Positions 1 to 986 of a DNA stretch of 986 nucleotides are shown here, piece after piece. This DNA comes from Escherichia coli. GTDB lineage: Bacteria > Pseudomonadota > Gammaproteobacteria > Enterobacterales > Enterobacteriaceae. The DNA is taken from the NCBI RefSeq assembly GCF_003334385.1, contig NZ_QOWN01000137.1; one strand, given 5' to 3'. The translations under genes were made by a program, and so were the position numbers. Under the pieces are notes generated by a model. It worked only from the letters and a program-made list of their open reading frames with translations, made no database searches and had not been told where the DNA came from. How positions within the stretch are numbered: the stretch's first letter is position 1; each line of letters starts with the position of its first letter.

Positions 1-986
1 GGGCCTGCATCACCTTTGGGACCAGCTGCACCAGCCGGTCCCCGTGGGCCTGCGGGCCCCACTGCACCAGGTGCGCCAGGTTCCCCCCTGTCCCCCTTCG
101 GTCCGGGGACTGCTGCCCGGGTTGCTGCCTCTTCTGCCTTCGTTTTTGCTGCCTGCACTTCTGCCATTACCGCTTTCACAGCCTTTGGGGTTGCCGCTTT
201 TGTTTCATCATCGCTGTTGGTATCGCTGCTCAGCTGTACAACACCTTTCTGTGATGTGCTGGCATCCGGAACACTGGCGACACTGCCTGCGGGACCCGCA
301 GGACCTGCGGGGCCGGTTTCTCCCCGAGGGCCTGCGGGACCTGCCGGACCTGTTGCGCCGGGTTCACCTTTATCCCCTTTCGGGCCGGTTTGCCCTGCCG
401 GACCCTGTGGTCCGGGTGGTCCGGCCTCTCCACGTGGGCCGGTGTCACCTTTCGGCCCCGGCGGTCCGCCCGGGTCACCTTTATCGCCCTTCGGTCCCTG
501 TGGACCTGTTTCTCCCCGTTCTCCCTTTGGCCCCGGCTCACCTTTTGGTCCGACCGCCCCCGTTGCCCCGGCTGGTCCCTGTGCCCCTGTGGCACCCTGT
601 GGACCTGTGTCCCCCTTCTCGCCCGCCGGTCCCCGGGCATTCTCTGCCCGTTTCTTCGCTTCCTCTGCACTCGCCGCCGACGCTTCAGCACGCTTCAGGA
701 TTTCCGCTGCCACCGCTTCCAGCTCTGCAAGCGCTTTCGGGTAATACTGCGCCTCATCCTGTTCCATCAGAAATTTATTCAGCGTTCCCGGCTCAGAATC
801 CGCCTTCACCAGAATGTCACCCACATACGACGGGGCGTACCCTTCCGTGTTCAGCGTCACCCGGTACCACCCCGGCTCCACATCAAAACTGTAACTGCCG
901 GTTTCCCCCGGCTGCCCCTGCGCCACCGTGGTGACTATCACTGTCTCTGTGGTGCGTCGCGCTTTCAGCTCTATGGTGCATCCCGG
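1..986 (-). CDS. stf: Phage side tail fiber protein, Stf-like, with collagen-like Gly-X-Y repeats; internal fragment, partial at both ends (N-terminus lies beyond position 986, C-terminus beyond position 1)
   Basis: Minus-strand frame with codons complementing 984-986 down to 3-5 is open for all 328 codons; I checked it codon by codon. Translation N to C: [328 protein letters not shown]. The N-terminal part resembles, from memory, the N-terminus of phage lambda Stf (CTIQLKARR...SQPGTLNDFL), and the VQLSS...AATPKAVK motif is the phage tail-fibre repeat signature. Codon usage (CTG Leu, AAA Lys, GAA Glu) is enterobacterial. The symbol stf is a family-level assignment, not a specific orthologue. 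No search was run. Confidence 0.92.
3..104 (-). repeat. Collagen-like Gly-X-Y repeat tract 2 (residues 295-328), at least 11 triplets, continuing beyond the window start
   Basis: [34 protein letters not shown] has perfect Gly periodicity from G295 to G328 and is truncated by the window edge. Confidence 0.88.
105..164 (-). other. Region encoding a short Ala/Lys/Glu-rich helical spacer (residues 275-294)
   Basis: [20 protein letters not shown] lies between the fibre repeat and the second collagen tract. Helix prediction is from composition only. Confidence 0.4.
165..254 (-). other. Region encoding a phage tail-fibre repeat motif (Phage_fiber_2-like), residues about 245-274
   Basis: [30 protein letters not shown] closely matches the conserved repeat remembered from lambda Stf and related fibres ([25 protein letters not shown]). 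Identified by eye, not by HMM. Confidence 0.75.
285..632 (-). repeat. Collagen-like Gly-X-Y repeat tract 1 (residues 119-234): 18 plus 20 triplets separated by a single extra Gly
   Basis: Gly occurs at every third residue from G119 to G170, then GG at residues 173-174 (+ coordinates 465-470) shifts the register by one, and periodicity continues from G174 to G234. X and Y positions are rich in Pro, Ala, Lys, Glu, Thr and Gln, typical of bacterial and phage collagen-like sequences. Confidence 0.9.
633..776 (-). other. Region encoding an Ala/Glu/Lys-rich predicted alpha-helical linker, possibly trimeric coiled coil (residues 71-118)
   Basis: Sequence [48 protein letters not shown] has a strongly helix-favouring composition with no Gly or Pro except one Pro. 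Helix or coiled-coil assignment is an inference from composition only. Confidence 0.5.
777..986 (-). other. Region encoding the conserved N-terminal tail-fibre domain (Phage_fiber_N-like, tail-attachment end), residues 1-70 of the window translation
   Basis: Residues [68 protein letters not shown] resemble the lambda Stf N-terminal region as I recall it. Composition is beta-rich and not collagen-like, and this DNA is less GC-biased than the collagen tract. The lambda comparison suggests the true start codon is roughly 15-20 codons beyond position 986. Confidence 0.75.

Noticed and set aside
81-98. Homopolymeric C runs (six C at 83-88, five C at 92-96) as a possible slipped-strand phase-variation switch
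   Set aside because: The runs are short, lie inside Gly/Pro codons of the collagen tract where such runs are expected by composition, and have no promoter or start context.
285-632. Periodic short repeats that might suggest a CRISPR array or other non-coding tandem repeat
   Set aside because: Periodicity is 9 bp with degenerate units and follows codon structure (Gly-X-Y), not 28-37 bp direct repeats separated by unique spacers. The region is in-frame coding sequence.
230-691. Minus-strand ORF of 153 aa from the track ([17 protein letters not shown]...)
   Set aside because: It is on the correct strand but in the wrong frame (its codons are offset from the open Stf-like frame). The Arg/Gln-rich product is what a GGN-rich collagen coding sequence gives when frame-shifted, so it is not a separate gene.
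16-744. Plus-strand ORF of 242 aa from the track ([15 protein letters not shown]...)
   Set aside because: Its product is a low-complexity Pro/Gly/Ala/Ser string that is the antisense reading of the collagen-like gene. It lacks the strict Gly-every-third periodicity of a real collagen frame and has no recognisable domain. It is a shadow ORF that stays open through GC richness and codon periodicity.
44-934. Plus-strand ORF of 296 aa from the track ([15 protein letters not shown]...)
   Set aside because: Pro/Leu/Arg/His-rich low-complexity product with no domain signature. It overlaps the strongly supported minus-strand tail fiber frame along its whole length, so it is an antisense shadow ORF.
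1-986. Novel defence or other undescribed multi-gene system, or a diversity-generating retroelement target in the fiber
   Set aside because: The window is wholly inside one structural gene. There are no additional ORFs, no template or variable repeat pair, and no adenine-specific variability pattern visible. Nothing here supports a new system, and claiming one would be unsupported.

Overview
The whole window lies inside a single gene on the minus strand that the supplied ORF track does not list, because the frame is open from one end of the window to the other (no stop, so no terminated ORF is reported). Minus-strand codons are the complements of + positions 984-986 down to 3-5, giving 328 codons with no stop. 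The product has the modular architecture of a lambdoid (pro)phage side tail fiber of the Stf family: a conserved N-terminal tail-attachment domain, an Ala/Glu/Lys-rich helical linker, a long collagen-like Gly-X-Y tract, a phage tail-fibre repeat motif ([25 protein letters not shown]), a short helical segment, and a second Gly-X-Y tract that runs out of the window. The three ORFs in the track (two on +, one on -) are shadow ORFs produced by GC-rich, triplet-periodic collagen-type coding sequence read in the wrong frame or strand. I see no evidence in this window for a novel defence or other undescribed system; it is a fragment of a phage structural (host-range) gene. The points worth a second look are the collagen-like shaft, its intragenic DNA repeats, and the mis-framed ORF track. 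All homology statements come from reading the translation and from memory of family signatures; no database search was run.
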